Shown here: positions 1 to 9,159 of the stretch, one piece after another | Layout: the number at the start of each line of letters is the position of its first letter | Numbering within the stretch: the first letter of the stretch is position 1 | Source of the DNA: Saprospiraceae bacterium | GTDB lineage: Bacteria; Bacteroidota; Bacteroidia; Chitinophagales; Saprospiraceae | Reading direction: 5' to 3' | NCBI GenBank assembly: GCA_035268885.1 | Contig: DATFKA010000149.1 | Location: 1 to 54,103 of the forward strand | DNA: 54,103 bases | Notes under the pieces: model-generated | What the model was told of the DNA's origin: nothing | Databases searched by the model: none | The model's input: the letters and a program-made list of their open reading frames with translations, nothing else | Program-made: the position numbers and the translations under genes

Positions 1-99
1 TCGGGTAGCTATGTGGCCAAATGGCCATGTGACTACATAGCCAAATGGATAAGGTAAGCACGGCAAAAAATTGTGAAATTTCAGTTTTTTTTGAATTCG

Positions 100-356
100 C
101 ATAACTAACTATAAAACAAGACTTTACTAAAATTATATACACATGAAATGTCCATGCGCCTCAGGCGCACCAGAACGCGGATGAATATAGGGGATTTGCT
201 CTGGGCAAAAGGATAAAGTAAAAAGGGTAAAGGTTAAAATGTGACATGACTTTAACCTTGGGACTTTAACCTTTAACCTTCGAATTCAACCTAAGCTTAA
301 GCACTACATAACTACCTATAAAACAACACTTTACTAAAATCATATACAGATGAAAT
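100..356. repeat. pair of ~50-bp imperfect direct repeats (100-149 and 307-356) in the non-coding left end
   Basis: cataactaactataaaacaagactttactaaaattatatacacatgaaat vs cataactacctataaaacaacactttactaaaatcatatacagatgaaat, about 45 of 50 identical. Confidence 0.85.
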
Positions 357-368
357 CATTTAGAACCC

Positions 369-409
369 AAAAATAGGGTTTAGCGCAAGCTGCACTAAAC
401 CCTATTTTT
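369..409. terminator. bidirectional Rho-independent terminator hairpin (perfect 15-bp stem, T-runs on both sides)
   Basis: aaaaatagggtttag / ctaaaccctattttt is a perfect inverted repeat with an 11-nt loop, flanked by tttttgg on the minus strand and attttttt on the plus strand; lies just downstream of the symporter stop at 431. Confidence 0.75.
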
Positions 410-430
410 ATTTTTTTCGCGAAAGCGGAA

Positions 431-1975
431 TCAATCCACCCGGGCGATCTCACCGGATTTCACTCTTGCCCGATAAGAATCGTAGGCTTTGCGTACGTTA
501 CCCATCAGGAAGTAAAGCCCAAGTACGTTGGGGAAGGCCATCGCAAAGATCATGGCATCTCCGAAGTCAAATACACTTTTTGCAGAAATGGCCGAACCGA
601 TCACCACAAAAACACAGAAGATAGCCTTGTAGACGTATTCCATCGTTTTGCTCTCACCAAACAGGTAAGTCCAGGCTTTCAGTCCGTAATAAGACCAGGA
701 AACCATGGTCGAAAGGGCAAACAGAATAACCGCTCCGGATAAAACGACCGGGAACCAGGAAATAGACTGTTGAAAAGAGGAAGAAGTCAGGGCAATAGCC
801 GCATCGTTCCCTCCGCCTTGTGAGAAAGATTCGAAAGCTTGTTGCTGACCGATATCACCATATCCAGAGATTATGACCACTAATGCCGTCATTGTACAGA
901 TGACCACCGTATCAATGAAAGGCTCTAGTAAGGCTACAATACCCTCCGAAATGGGTTCATCCGTTTTCACCGCAGAGTGAGCGATAGATGCCGAACCAAT
1001 ACCCGCCTCGTTAGAGAAAGCTGCCCGACGAAAACCCTGAATTAATACGCCGATGAAACCACCGTACATGGCTTGAGAATTGAAGGCACCATTGAAGATA
1101 CGTCCAAAGGCTCCGGGAATTTCTGCGGCATTAAAGATGAGTACATAGAGAGCAGCACCTACGTAAACGGCTACCATCAGCGGAACGATTTTATCCGTCA
1201 CTTTTGCAATAGACTTAATACCACCGATAATGATGACACCTACAATAACCGCCATAGTGACCCCAAAAATCCAACCATTGGACGTAAAGATACTGGAATC
1301 ACCACCGGTTACGGCAGCCAACTGTTGGGTGGCCTGGTTAATTTGTACCATATTACCACCACCAAAAGAACCACCGATACAGGCAATGGCAAAAAGCCCT
1401 GCCAGAATCTTACCGAAGGTCCCCATATTTTTTTCTTTGAGCCCTTTGTCCAGGTAGTACATCGGCCCACCGGATACCGAACCATCAGGACGGACGTTCC
1501 GGTACATTACCCCCAGGGTACATTCCACAAACTTTGAAGACATACCAAAGAGACCAGCCAGAATCATCCAGAAGGTAGCACCCGGGCCCCCTAAGGATAC
1601 CGCGATGGCCACCCCGGCAATATTACCAACCCCAACGGTACCGGACAAAGCCGCCGTTAAGGCCTGGAAGTGGGATACCTCGCCACTGTCATTCGGATTA
1701 TCGTATTTTCCCCGGACGACATTGATGGCGTGCCAAAAGGATCGGACATTCACAAAGCGCATGTATACTGTGAAAATAATTGCACCCACCACTAACCAAA
1801 TCAATACAAAGGGGATGGTATAGCCTCCAATAGTCACCGTAAAAAACACAATAGACTCAATCACTTGAGTCACGGGAGCAAAAACGGAGTTGATGGCCTG
1901 GTCGATAGAACTCTGCGCCATCGCCAAATGAGGGAGCGTACATATAGCAGTTATTAATGCTAATAGTCTTTTCAT
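431..1975 (-). CDS. alanine/glycine:cation (sodium:alanine) symporter, AGCS family
   Basis: 514-aa ORF with many hydrophobic segments and a GNIAGVAIA-type motif characteristic of the AGCS amino-acid carrier family; antisense ORFs 1073-1823 are frame shadows. Confidence 0.85.
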   Translation of the reverse strand: MKRLLALITAICTLPHLAMAQSSIDQAINSVFAPVTQVIESIVFFTVTIGGYTIPFVLIWLVVGAIIFTVYMRFVNVRSFWHAINVVRGKYDNPNDSGEVSHFQALTAALSGTVGVGNIAGVAIAVSLGGPGATFWMILAGLFGMSSKFVECTLGVMYRNVRPDGSVSGGPMYYLDKGLKEKNMGTFGKILAGLFAIACIGGSFGGGNMVQINQATQQLAAVTGGDSSIFTSNGWIFGVTMAVIVGVIIIGGIKSIAKVTDKIVPLMVAVYVGAALYVLIFNAAEIPGAFGRIFNGAFNSQAMYGGFIGVLIQGFRRAAFSNEAGIGSASIAHSAVKTDEPISEGIVALLEPFIDTVVICTMTALVVIISGYGDIGQQQAFESFSQGGGNDAAIALTSSSFQQSISWFPVVLSGAVILFALSTMVSWSYYGLKAWTYLFGESKTMEYVYKAIFCVFVVIGSAISAKSVFDFGDAMIFAMAFPNVLGLYFLMGNVRKAYDSYRARVKSGEIARVD

Positions 1976-2192
1976 ATATAAGGTTGTTAGTGAACTAAGA
2001 TGATTATTTAGTTTGGGTTATATCTGTGTGTAAGTAGTTTTGTCTTTTGCACGCCAGGGGTAATCTTCGTGCGACGCGTTAAGGTATTTGTTTATTTTTA
2101 TATGCCCAAAATAATGACCTATTAATTTTGTAGTTATCTGGGAGGATAAGTATTTTGGGACTCTTCGTCTGCCCATCTTAAAACTGTACAAC

Positions 2193-2768
2193 TTGAGCCA
2201 GGCACATAACGATACAGCTATTAAAGAAAAGCTCAGTACTGATCCTGATCTGGCCATCGAATGGCTTTTCAAGGCTTATTTCCCCTACTTATGCACCACT
2301 ATTTATCAATTTATACCCAATGGTCCCATTGCAGAAGACCTGGCCCAGGACGTTTTTTTTGACCTGTGGAGGAGAAGAGAAAAGATCAATATTACGGGAT
2401 CCCTAAAAGCCTATTTGCGCAAAGCAGCCATCAATAAAGCCCTCAATAAAATCAGGGATTTAAAAAGCCAGAGTGAGGCCGACCTGCCTCCTTCGAACGA
2501 TCAGTTCACCCCTCGCCCCCTGGAAGTCGAGGAATTGAGCCGACAGATTGACTGGGCGATTGATCAACTCCCGGAGCGCTGTCGGTTGGTTTTTCTACTT
2601 AGTCGGTACGAAGATCTCACCTACAAGGAAATTGCTCAAAAACTGGATATTTCTGAAAAAACGGTAGAAAATCAAATCGTCAAAGCCTTGAAGCTACTTC
2701 GGCAGTATTTAGGCCCTTATTTGTCAAGTATTTTACTTATTTTCATAAAAATATACTTTACCTCGTAG
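2193..2768 (+). CDS. RNA polymerase ECF-type sigma-70 factor
   Basis: 191 aa; sigma region 2 (DLAQDVFFDLWRRR) and region 4 HTH (YEDLTYKEIAQKLDISEKTVENQIVKALKLLRQ); followed by a FecR-type gene. Confidence 0.85.
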   Translation: MSQAHNDTAIKEKLSTDPDLAIEWLFKAYFPYLCTTIYQFIPNGPIAEDLAQDVFFDLWRRREKINITGSLKAYLRKAAINKALNKIRDLKSQSEADLPPSNDQFTPRPLEVEELSRQIDWAIDQLPERCRLVFLLSRYEDLTYKEIAQKLDISEKTVENQIVKALKLLRQYLGPYLSSILLIFIKIYFTS

Positions 2769-2834
2769 TGGGAAATCCGTTATTTCGTGTCCAGGGTGTA
2801 ACTATCGTCCGCAACCTAATTGAAAACCACAGCA

Positions 2835-3767
2835 ATGGATAATCGTATCAAAAAAGTTATTTCACAAATAAAAAGCGAGGAAGCAAGCGAGCAGGAGGCT
2901 GCCCGAGCAGCCCAACAATTGGCAAAGCTGTGGGCCCTGAGTGATCAGTATAAACAAGACCAGCAGCCCCGGTTTGATACGGAAAAAAACTTGGCCCAGC
3001 TAAAGCAGAAAATGCAGCAAGCCAAGGCGGCTACTCGGCCCCGTCGACTCGTCTGGCTACGTATCGCTGCCACCCTCCTCTTTTTGTTGCTTGGAGCCTG
3101 GGTAGCCCGGACTTATCTTTTCTCCGAAAACCAGCTACAAACCTTTTACAATCAAAGTGAAAGCCCCCAGACCCTCTCGCTATCCGATGGTAGCAGCGTA
3201 GAAATATATCCCGGGGCTCAGCTCATTTACCCCAGCCGCTTTCCCCAAAAGGCAGAAAGAGATGTTCAGCTTAGTGGTACCGCTTATTTCAAGGTGCAGG
3301 CCGATGTGGATCACCCCTTTAGGATACAGACCGAAAACACCCAGGTGAAGGTCGTGGGCACCTCCTTTTTACTAAAAGCAGAATCAGGGGCCTCCGAAAC
3401 CAGTATTGAAGTACAAGAAGGTAGGGTCTATTTCCTGGACAAGGTCACCAAAGAGGAAATCTTAGTTCCCGCCCGACAAATTGGAATTTGTCAGCAGGGA
3501 GGCATTCTCTTCCAGGAGCCCATACATGTAGAGGGTCCACTAGAAATCGATATGCGCAACCAACCCCTGGTGCGCCTTTTCGCACAAATGGAACGCCACC
3601 ACCCATGGGAATTTGAAGTTCAGGAAAGTATAAAACAATGTCGGCTGACCGGAACCTTTAATATTTCAAATCCGGAAAAAGTCTTGCGTCAGATCAACGG
3701 TTTCTCTACTTTCGACGTCTCTAAGATAGAAGAAGGGGCATACCGTATATCCGGTACCTGCCAATAG
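2835..3767 (+). CDS. FecR-family anti-sigma factor / transmembrane sensor
   Basis: About 310 aa with a single TM segment (RLVWLRIAATLLFLLLGAWV) and a FecR-like periplasmic domain; sits between an ECF sigma and a TonB-dependent transducer; ATG at 2835 preferred over TTG at 2820. Confidence 0.8.
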   Translation: MDNRIKKVISQIKSEEASEQEAARAAQQLAKLWALSDQYKQDQQPRFDTEKNLAQLKQKMQQAKAATRPRRLVWLRIAATLLFLLLGAWVARTYLFSENQLQTFYNQSESPQTLSLSDGSSVEIYPGAQLIYPSRFPQKAERDVQLSGTAYFKVQADVDHPFRIQTENTQVKVVGTSFLLKAESGASETSIEVQEGRVYFLDKVTKEEILVPARQIGICQQGGILFQEPIHVEGPLEIDMRNQPLVRLFAQMERHHPWEFEVQESIKQCRLTGTFNISNPEKVLRQINGFSTFDVSKIEEGAYRISGTCQ

Positions 3768-3793
3768 TTGACTTCCAACAAAGGTAGAGCAAC

Positions 3794-6463
3794 ATGAAGA
3801 AAATAATACTACTCGGCTGGTTCCTGAGCATAAGCGCCTGCCTCTGTGCTCAAAACATGGACCAAAGGGTGAGTATTGTTTTTCGTAACCTTAACCTGAG
3901 CGAGGCCCTAACCCAACTGATTGATCAAAAAGATATTCCACTGGTTTTTAATAATGCCGCCATTCCTCCCAAAAAAATCAATACTACCTTCCGTAATTAT
4001 AAACTGGCGGCGATCCTCGATTACCTCCTCCTCAACACGCCACTAGGGTATCAGGTCAAGGAAGGCGCCATTATCATTGAAGCTACCCAGCAGGACCTCC
4101 GCAAAAAGCATTACATTACCGGCACCATCGTTGCCCGTGCATCCGGAGAGAATCTGGTAGGAGCCAGTGTGTACCTACCTGCACTGGCTACGGGAACCTA
4201 TACCAACGAATACGGCCAATTTAGTCTGGAACTTCCCGAGGGGGACTGGCAGCTTTATTTTTCCCATATCGGTCATGCCGAAAAAATGGCCACCCTCTCG
4301 CTCAACCGGGACACCGCTTTTGTGCTTCCCCTCGAAGATAATCTCACCATTAACCCCATCACCCTTTGGGACACCAGCAATGCCCTGGACCGACTACCCA
4401 TAGACTGGAATTTAGAGAAAATTGATCTCCGGTCGCAGGACCTTCTTCCCCGTTTTGGTGGCGAGACCGATGTTTTTCAAACTATGCATTTGTTACCGGG
4501 TGTACAGACGGGTGCCGATGGTATCGGGGGGATTTACGTTCGGGGGGGGAATACTGGCCACAACCTCATCACCGTAGATGGGGTACCGGTTTACAACAGT
4601 ACCCATGCGGTTGGACTGCTTTCAATCTTTAATCCCGACGTGATAAAAACGGCTAAATTTCTAAAGGGTGCCTATCCCGCCCGTTACGAAGGGCGGCTGG
4701 CTTCCGTACTCGACATCCGTACCCGTGATGGCAATTATAATAAATTAAGTGGCTCCACCCATTTGGGATTGATCTCCGCACGGGCTTCGCTAGAAGGGCC
4801 CCTATTTAACAATCAAGACCAGAAATCATCTTTTCTGGTCGCCGGGCGCTGGTCAATTCTGGATCAATTCCTGGAGCCCCGGGTCCGATCTTATAAGCTG
4901 GGACAGGGAGAAGAAGGCTCCAGCACCTATGATTTTTATGACTTCAATGCCAAATTGAACTACCACTTTTCTCCTCGCAGTAAGCTATACTTAAGTTTTT
5001 ACAAGGGCAAAGATGACTTTAATAATTTTGGCCAGGTACAGCAACGGTTTCGTTTAATTAACCCCAATACAAACGAATTACTGGGATTCCGGGCTAATCA
5101 GGAATATGACGAATACGTCAACTGGGGAAATGACATCTTCTCCCTGCGCTGGAATAAAGAAGTACACCCGCAGTTATTTGCCAGTACAACTCTTACCTAC
5201 AGTTTCCTCAAGTTAAATTTTGGCTACCAAACTCAGGATAGCTTACTGGGCTTTACCCCGGAACAGTTGCTGCAATATGAGCTCCTCGCCGGACTGTATC
5301 AATCGAGTATTCGCGACGTTGCCATGAAAGTAGACTTCGACTGGTATGCCGGTCTGAAGCACTATGTAAGGTTTGGCGTCCGTAGTGGATTCCTTGATTT
5401 TAGCCCTGGTATCCTGCAATATAATGCAACCAATCTGGAAAGTGGTCTTGGAGGAACGCAACAAAATAGAAACATTCAGGGTAGGGAGCTGGCGCTATAC
5501 GCCGAAAACAGTCAACAAGTACTCCCTAAATTACGCATTAATTACGGAATACACCTCAGTAGCTTTTTCGTTGATCAGCGTAATTACTGGTTATTTCAAC
5601 CCCGTTTTTCCTTTGATTACCAGTGGCATCCCCGGGTATCGCTATTTGGCTCCGCCCGCAAAACCAGTCAGTTTTTGCACCTCTTGACCAGTAGTACCAT
5701 TGGTCTCCCCACGGATATGTGGGTGCCCTCTACCGGAGATATTCATCCGGAAAGCGCCGTGCAGTATGCCCTGGGCAGCGAATGGCGACTCAATCGCCAG
5801 TGGTCCTTAGAACTAGAAGCCTACTACAAAGGAATGGATAATTTACTCAGTTTATCCGAGGGGATTAGCTTTATCGATGACTGGGAGAGCAATATTACCG
5901 CCGGACGGGGAACGGCCTACGGGATCGATCTAAAATTGGAAAAACAATCCGGAAAAACAAGTGGGTGGATCAGCTACAGCTATGGGTTTACTAACCGGAA
6001 TTTTGAAAGGATCAATTTCGGGGAGACTTACCCCTTTAAGTACGACCGGCGGCACGATCTAAAAATGGCCCTCATCCATCAAATCAACGATCACTGGAGC
6101 ATTAGCGGCAATTTCTTGTTTGGCAGCGGTCTGGCCTACAGTTTGCCCAGCCAGAGTATATCCTTCCAGTTTCCGGGTAGTAACTTCCCAGTCTCCGTTC
6201 TTGACTTTGGCAGTAAAAACCAGTATCGCCTGCCCTACTTCCACCGACTTGACCTGGGCCTCAACTACCAATTTACGAAGTGGAAGCTTCGCCACCACCT
6301 CTACCTGGGAGTGACCAACCTATATAATCGCAGCAACCCATTATATTACCGCATTCGTACCAGTATTCGCCCCTCGAATGGAAACCTGAGTGAATTTCGC
6401 CAGTTTGTAGGGGTACAAAGCCTTCCATTACTTCCTTCCATTAACATTTCCAGTAAATTTTAG
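3794..6463 (+). CDS. TonB-dependent receptor/transducer (STN domain + carboxypeptidase-regulatory-like domain + plug + barrel)
   Basis: 889 aa with signal peptide; N-terminal STN-like segment (LSEALTQLIDQKDIPLVF), CarbopepD_reg-like segment (ITGTIVARASGENLVGASVY), plug motifs (IYVRGGNTGHNLITVDGVPV), C-terminal beta-barrel ending in an aromatic residue. Confidence 0.85.
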   Translation: MKKIILLGWFLSISACLCAQNMDQRVSIVFRNLNLSEALTQLIDQKDIPLVFNNAAIPPKKINTTFRNYKLAAILDYLLLNTPLGYQVKEGAIIIEATQQDLRKKHYITGTIVARASGENLVGASVYLPALATGTYTNEYGQFSLELPEGDWQLYFSHIGHAEKMATLSLNRDTAFVLPLEDNLTINPITLWDTSNALDRLPIDWNLEKIDLRSQDLLPRFGGETDVFQTMHLLPGVQTGADGIGGIYVRGGNTGHNLITVDGVPVYNSTHAVGLLSIFNPDVIKTAKFLKGAYPARYEGRLASVLDIRTRDGNYNKLSGSTHLGLISARASLEGPLFNNQDQKSSFLVAGRWSILDQFLEPRVRSYKLGQGEEGSSTYDFYDFNAKLNYHFSPRSKLYLSFYKGKDDFNNFGQVQQRFRLINPNTNELLGFRANQEYDEYVNWGNDIFSLRWNKEVHPQLFASTTLTYSFLKLNFGYQTQDSLLGFTPEQLLQYELLAGLYQSSIRDVAMKVDFDWYAGLKHYVRFGVRSGFLDFSPGILQYNATNLESGLGGTQQNRNIQGRELALYAENSQQVLPKLRINYGIHLSSFFVDQRNYWLFQPRFSFDYQWHPRVSLFGSARKTSQFLHLLTSSTIGLPTDMWVPSTGDIHPESAVQYALGSEWRLNRQWSLELEAYYKGMDNLLSLSEGISFIDDWESNITAGRGTAYGIDLKLEKQSGKTSGWISYSYGFTNRNFERINFGETYPFKYDRRHDLKMALIHQINDHWSISGNFLFGSGLAYSLPSQSISFQFPGSNFPVSVLDFGSKNQYRLPYFHRLDLGLNYQFTKWKLRHHLYLGVTNLYNRSNPLYYRIRTSIRPSNGNLSEFRQFVGVQSLPLLPSINISSKF

Positions 6464-6493
6464 TTATTTTTACTAAGAACAGGCAAAACAACT

Positions 6494-7423
6494 ATGCGAA
6501 GCTTGATTTTTTTAATTCTTGGCGCATTTCTTTTTATGGCGGTTACTTGCGAAAGACCGGTAGAGATCGCCTTTCCTGAACAGGAACCAGAGCTGGTGCT
6601 CATTAGTACGTTTACGCCAGGTGAAGAATTACAAGCTCAGGTATCGCTCACCCGTGGTATTAATGATCCGCTGGGGGCGGATTACCCCACCAATGCCCGG
6701 ATTAGATTATTTGAAGGAGAAAAATTCGAACAGCAGTTAGTCTTTGTTCAACCGGCGGGCGGCCCTCCTTTTTTTTCCACGCAAAATTTTGAGGCAGAAA
6801 TAGAGAAAACTTACTTTCTGCAGGTGGATGTCCCAGCTTTCGATCGCCTAATAGCCAGCACGACACTGCCCAGAAGCACGGACCTGCAGAGCTTAAGAAT
6901 TTCGGAAAGCCGTGCCACAACGCTACCGGACAACATCAAACAGTATGACTTCAATTTGAGCCTGGACTTTGATGACCCTCCTGGAATACGGAATTACTAT
7001 CACCTTAAAATATTCCAGCAAATAGAAAAGTTTACCATACTCCGAAACGACACCATCATCTCTGGGGTCTCCTCCCGGGAGTTACGCTTTCCCACTCAAG
7101 AGAATAATAACTTCCAGGTTGTACACTACGAAGGGGGCCTATTATTAGAAGATACCCCTTTCGACGGAGAGACAAAAAGCCTTAGCTTACCCATATCGGT
7201 ACAGGTAGCCACCGACGAAGAGCTGCCCGGTAAGATTATTGCCGAATTAAGAAGCGTTTCCGAACCTTATTATCTATTCTACAGTAGCGTCAGTCGACAG
7301 CGACTGGCCCCCACTTCCCCCGTGGCAGAGCCCATTATCATCTACAACCCCATAGAAAACGGGAATGGTGTTTTTGCCGCTTATTCTAAAGAGGTCGATT
7401 CCGTGGCTATCCGGAACTACTAG
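6494..7423 (+). CDS. DUF4249-type lipoprotein (commonly follows TonB-dependent receptors in Bacteroidota)
   Basis: 309 aa; lipoprotein signal with Cys (FLFMAVTC); gene immediately downstream of the receptor; family assignment from memory of typical context. Confidence 0.5.
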   Translation: MRSLIFLILGAFLFMAVTCERPVEIAFPEQEPELVLISTFTPGEELQAQVSLTRGINDPLGADYPTNARIRLFEGEKFEQQLVFVQPAGGPPFFSTQNFEAEIEKTYFLQVDVPAFDRLIASTTLPRSTDLQSLRISESRATTLPDNIKQYDFNLSLDFDDPPGIRNYYHLKIFQQIEKFTILRNDTIISGVSSRELRFPTQENNNFQVVHYEGGLLLEDTPFDGETKSLSLPISVQVATDEELPGKIIAELRSVSEPYYLFYSSVSRQRLAPTSPVAEPIIIYNPIENGNGVFAAYSKEVDSVAIRNY

Positions 7424-7557
7424 ACAAGCGCTATGTAAGATTATTGTCAATCGACAATAAATTCCAAAAATAATTTGGGTTCGCGTAGTGGGGTAAGCTA
7501 TTTTCTGTGTCTATAGGTGTGTATTTAAGAATCTTCAACACCCAAAAATAGCCAAAC

Positions 7558-8238
7558 ATGAATAAAGCATTGAAATTAAACTCGATTGAGCAATTCCCTT
7601 TGTTGTCTGTGCTACGTCGGGAAGAAAAGGAGCAATTGTGTGCGTATATGACCCACCGCAAGATGCCCCGCTACAGTAAAATATACCAGGCTGGAGAAGC
7701 CTCTGAGCATTTATTTTTCCTTATTAAAGGAACAGTAAAAATTGCCAAGACCTCCGATGACAATAAAGAGGTGATCAAAACCCTCATTCATCCTTTTACC
7801 ATTTTTGGCGAAAAAGGCCTGGTCGGTGAGCAGTATCGCAGTGATTTTGCCCAGACCCTGAAAGGAGAAGTACAACTCTTTGCCGTCAAAGTAGAGGATT
7901 TCCGCCGCTTGATGTTCCGCAATTTTGAGCTGACCAACGAGGTAATGTCGCTGTTCGGCAACCGGCTGATGAAGGCCGAAAGTAAACTGGAAGCACTGGT
8001 TTGCAAAGATGCCCGTACGCGGATTATTGAATTCATCAAAAATGCCATCTCCGAGCGGGGCCAACGCATCGGTTACGAAATGTTGCTTAAGCACTCTCTG
8101 ACCCATCAGGATATTGCCAATATCACCTACACCTCGCGCCAGACGGTAACCCTGGTATTGAATGAGCTAAAGAAAAACAATCTCATCTATTTCAATCGGG
8201 GAAGAATTTTAGTGCGGGACCTGGCTAAATTAGCCTAA
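7558..8238 (+). CDS. Crp/Fnr-family transcriptional regulator (cNMP-binding domain + C-terminal HTH)
   Basis: 226 aa; cNMP-binding beta-roll motifs (FFLIKGTVKI, IFGEKGLV) and HTH (THQDIANITYTSRQTVTLVLNELKK). Confidence 0.8.
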   Translation: MNKALKLNSIEQFPLLSVLRREEKEQLCAYMTHRKMPRYSKIYQAGEASEHLFFLIKGTVKIAKTSDDNKEVIKTLIHPFTIFGEKGLVGEQYRSDFAQTLKGEVQLFAVKVEDFRRLMFRNFELTNEVMSLFGNRLMKAESKLEALVCKDARTRIIEFIKNAISERGQRIGYEMLLKHSLTHQDIANITYTSRQTVTLVLNELKKNNLIYFNRGRILVRDLAKLA

Positions 8239-8316
8239 TTTTTTCTCGCTTTGTTCCCTCAGTCGTTGTATCTTCGAGGTGTTATTAAATTTGTTCAGAT
8301 CAACGACTGACATACA

Positions 8317-8778
8317 ATGGAATTGCTAAAAAATCTAAGTGCTGACGAACAGCAGCAAATGAAAGACGCCATCGCGTATATCACTATTCTGGTGGCTGGA
8401 GCCGATGGAAATATTGACAAAAACGAAATAAGCGCCTCTGAAAAACTAACGAAAATCAGAAGTTTTAGCTTTCAGGATGAGCTAATGCCCTATTATCAGG
8501 AAGTCGGTAAAGACTTTTCTGAACGCTTAGATCATTTTCTGGAAGAACTGCCAGAAAATGTAGAGGAACGCCAGGAAATCGTGAGCAACGAACTCAAAAA
8601 ACTGAATCCTATCCTTGCCAAACTGAGTACACACTACAGTCATATCTTCTACGATAGCTTTGTCAGCTTTGCCAGGCACGTCGCCAAATCATCAGGAGGC
8701 ATCATTGGCTTCTTTCGGGTAGGTCCGGAGGAGAAACAGGTAATGGATCTGCCTATGCTCAATCCCACTGTAGATTAA
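8317..8778 (+). CDS. hypothetical protein, TerB-like domain suspected
   Basis: 153 aa; segment ITILVAGADGNIDKNEISASEKL resembles the TerB/DjlA N-terminal Asp-Gly-containing motif; weak. Confidence 0.4.
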   Translation: MELLKNLSADEQQQMKDAIAYITILVAGADGNIDKNEISASEKLTKIRSFSFQDELMPYYQEVGKDFSERLDHFLEELPENVEERQEIVSNELKKLNPILAKLSTHYSHIFYDSFVSFARHVAKSSGGIIGFFRVGPEEKQVMDLPMLNPTVD

Positions 8779-8799
8779 TCCGCTAAAGGGCTGCTTTTC

Positions 8800-9130
8800 A
8801 AGCCCCCTCTATTTTTTCTTTTGGTATGGCCCACCCGGGTAGCCACGGATGGCTAGATTTGGTTTACCAAATTCTTGTAGGGCATCCCTGGCAATCCAGT
8901 GGGCCGATTTAGCCTGCTACACAATAGCCGAGCCTCGTATATGCCCGTATCCTCAGGGCCAGGTCTAGTCCTATTGTTTTTACCAATCTTGCCCGCCAGT
9001 TGCTTTTAAGTCCTTCTGATAAATTCCTAAAGATCGCTCGGCTCTGATGTTATACTTCAAAGCTTTACGATCTACTACCGCCGTATCAGCCAATTGATGT
9101 AATGCGCTGAGAATAGTCTCTAAACCCTTC
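8800..9130 (-). pseudogene. decayed gene remnant (possible IS transposase N-terminus) filling the intergenic space
   Basis: Minus-strand ATG at 9130 opens a 49-codon frame (MKGLETILSALHQLADTAVVDRKALKYNIRAERSLGIYQKDL...). Protein-like frames continue in other phases (QAKSAHWIARDALQEFGKPNLAIRGYP), broken by stops and frameshifts. Confidence 0.25.
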
Positions 9131-9159
9131 ATATCCTAACCTAACTAGACCAGTCGGTT

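Noticed and set aside
100-356. Possible CRISPR array (direct repeats)
   Set aside because: Only two repeat copies, 50 bp long with a 157-bp spacer, imperfect identity, no cas genes. Does not fit CRISPR architecture.
1073-1823. Three plus-strand ORFs (154, 75, 72 aa) inside the symporter gene
   Set aside because: Frame shadows of a well-supported 514-aa membrane transporter; no motifs.
2018-2272. 84-aa minus-strand ORF overlapping the ECF sigma start
   Set aside because: Overlaps the promoter and 5' end of a well-supported sigma factor gene; no motifs.
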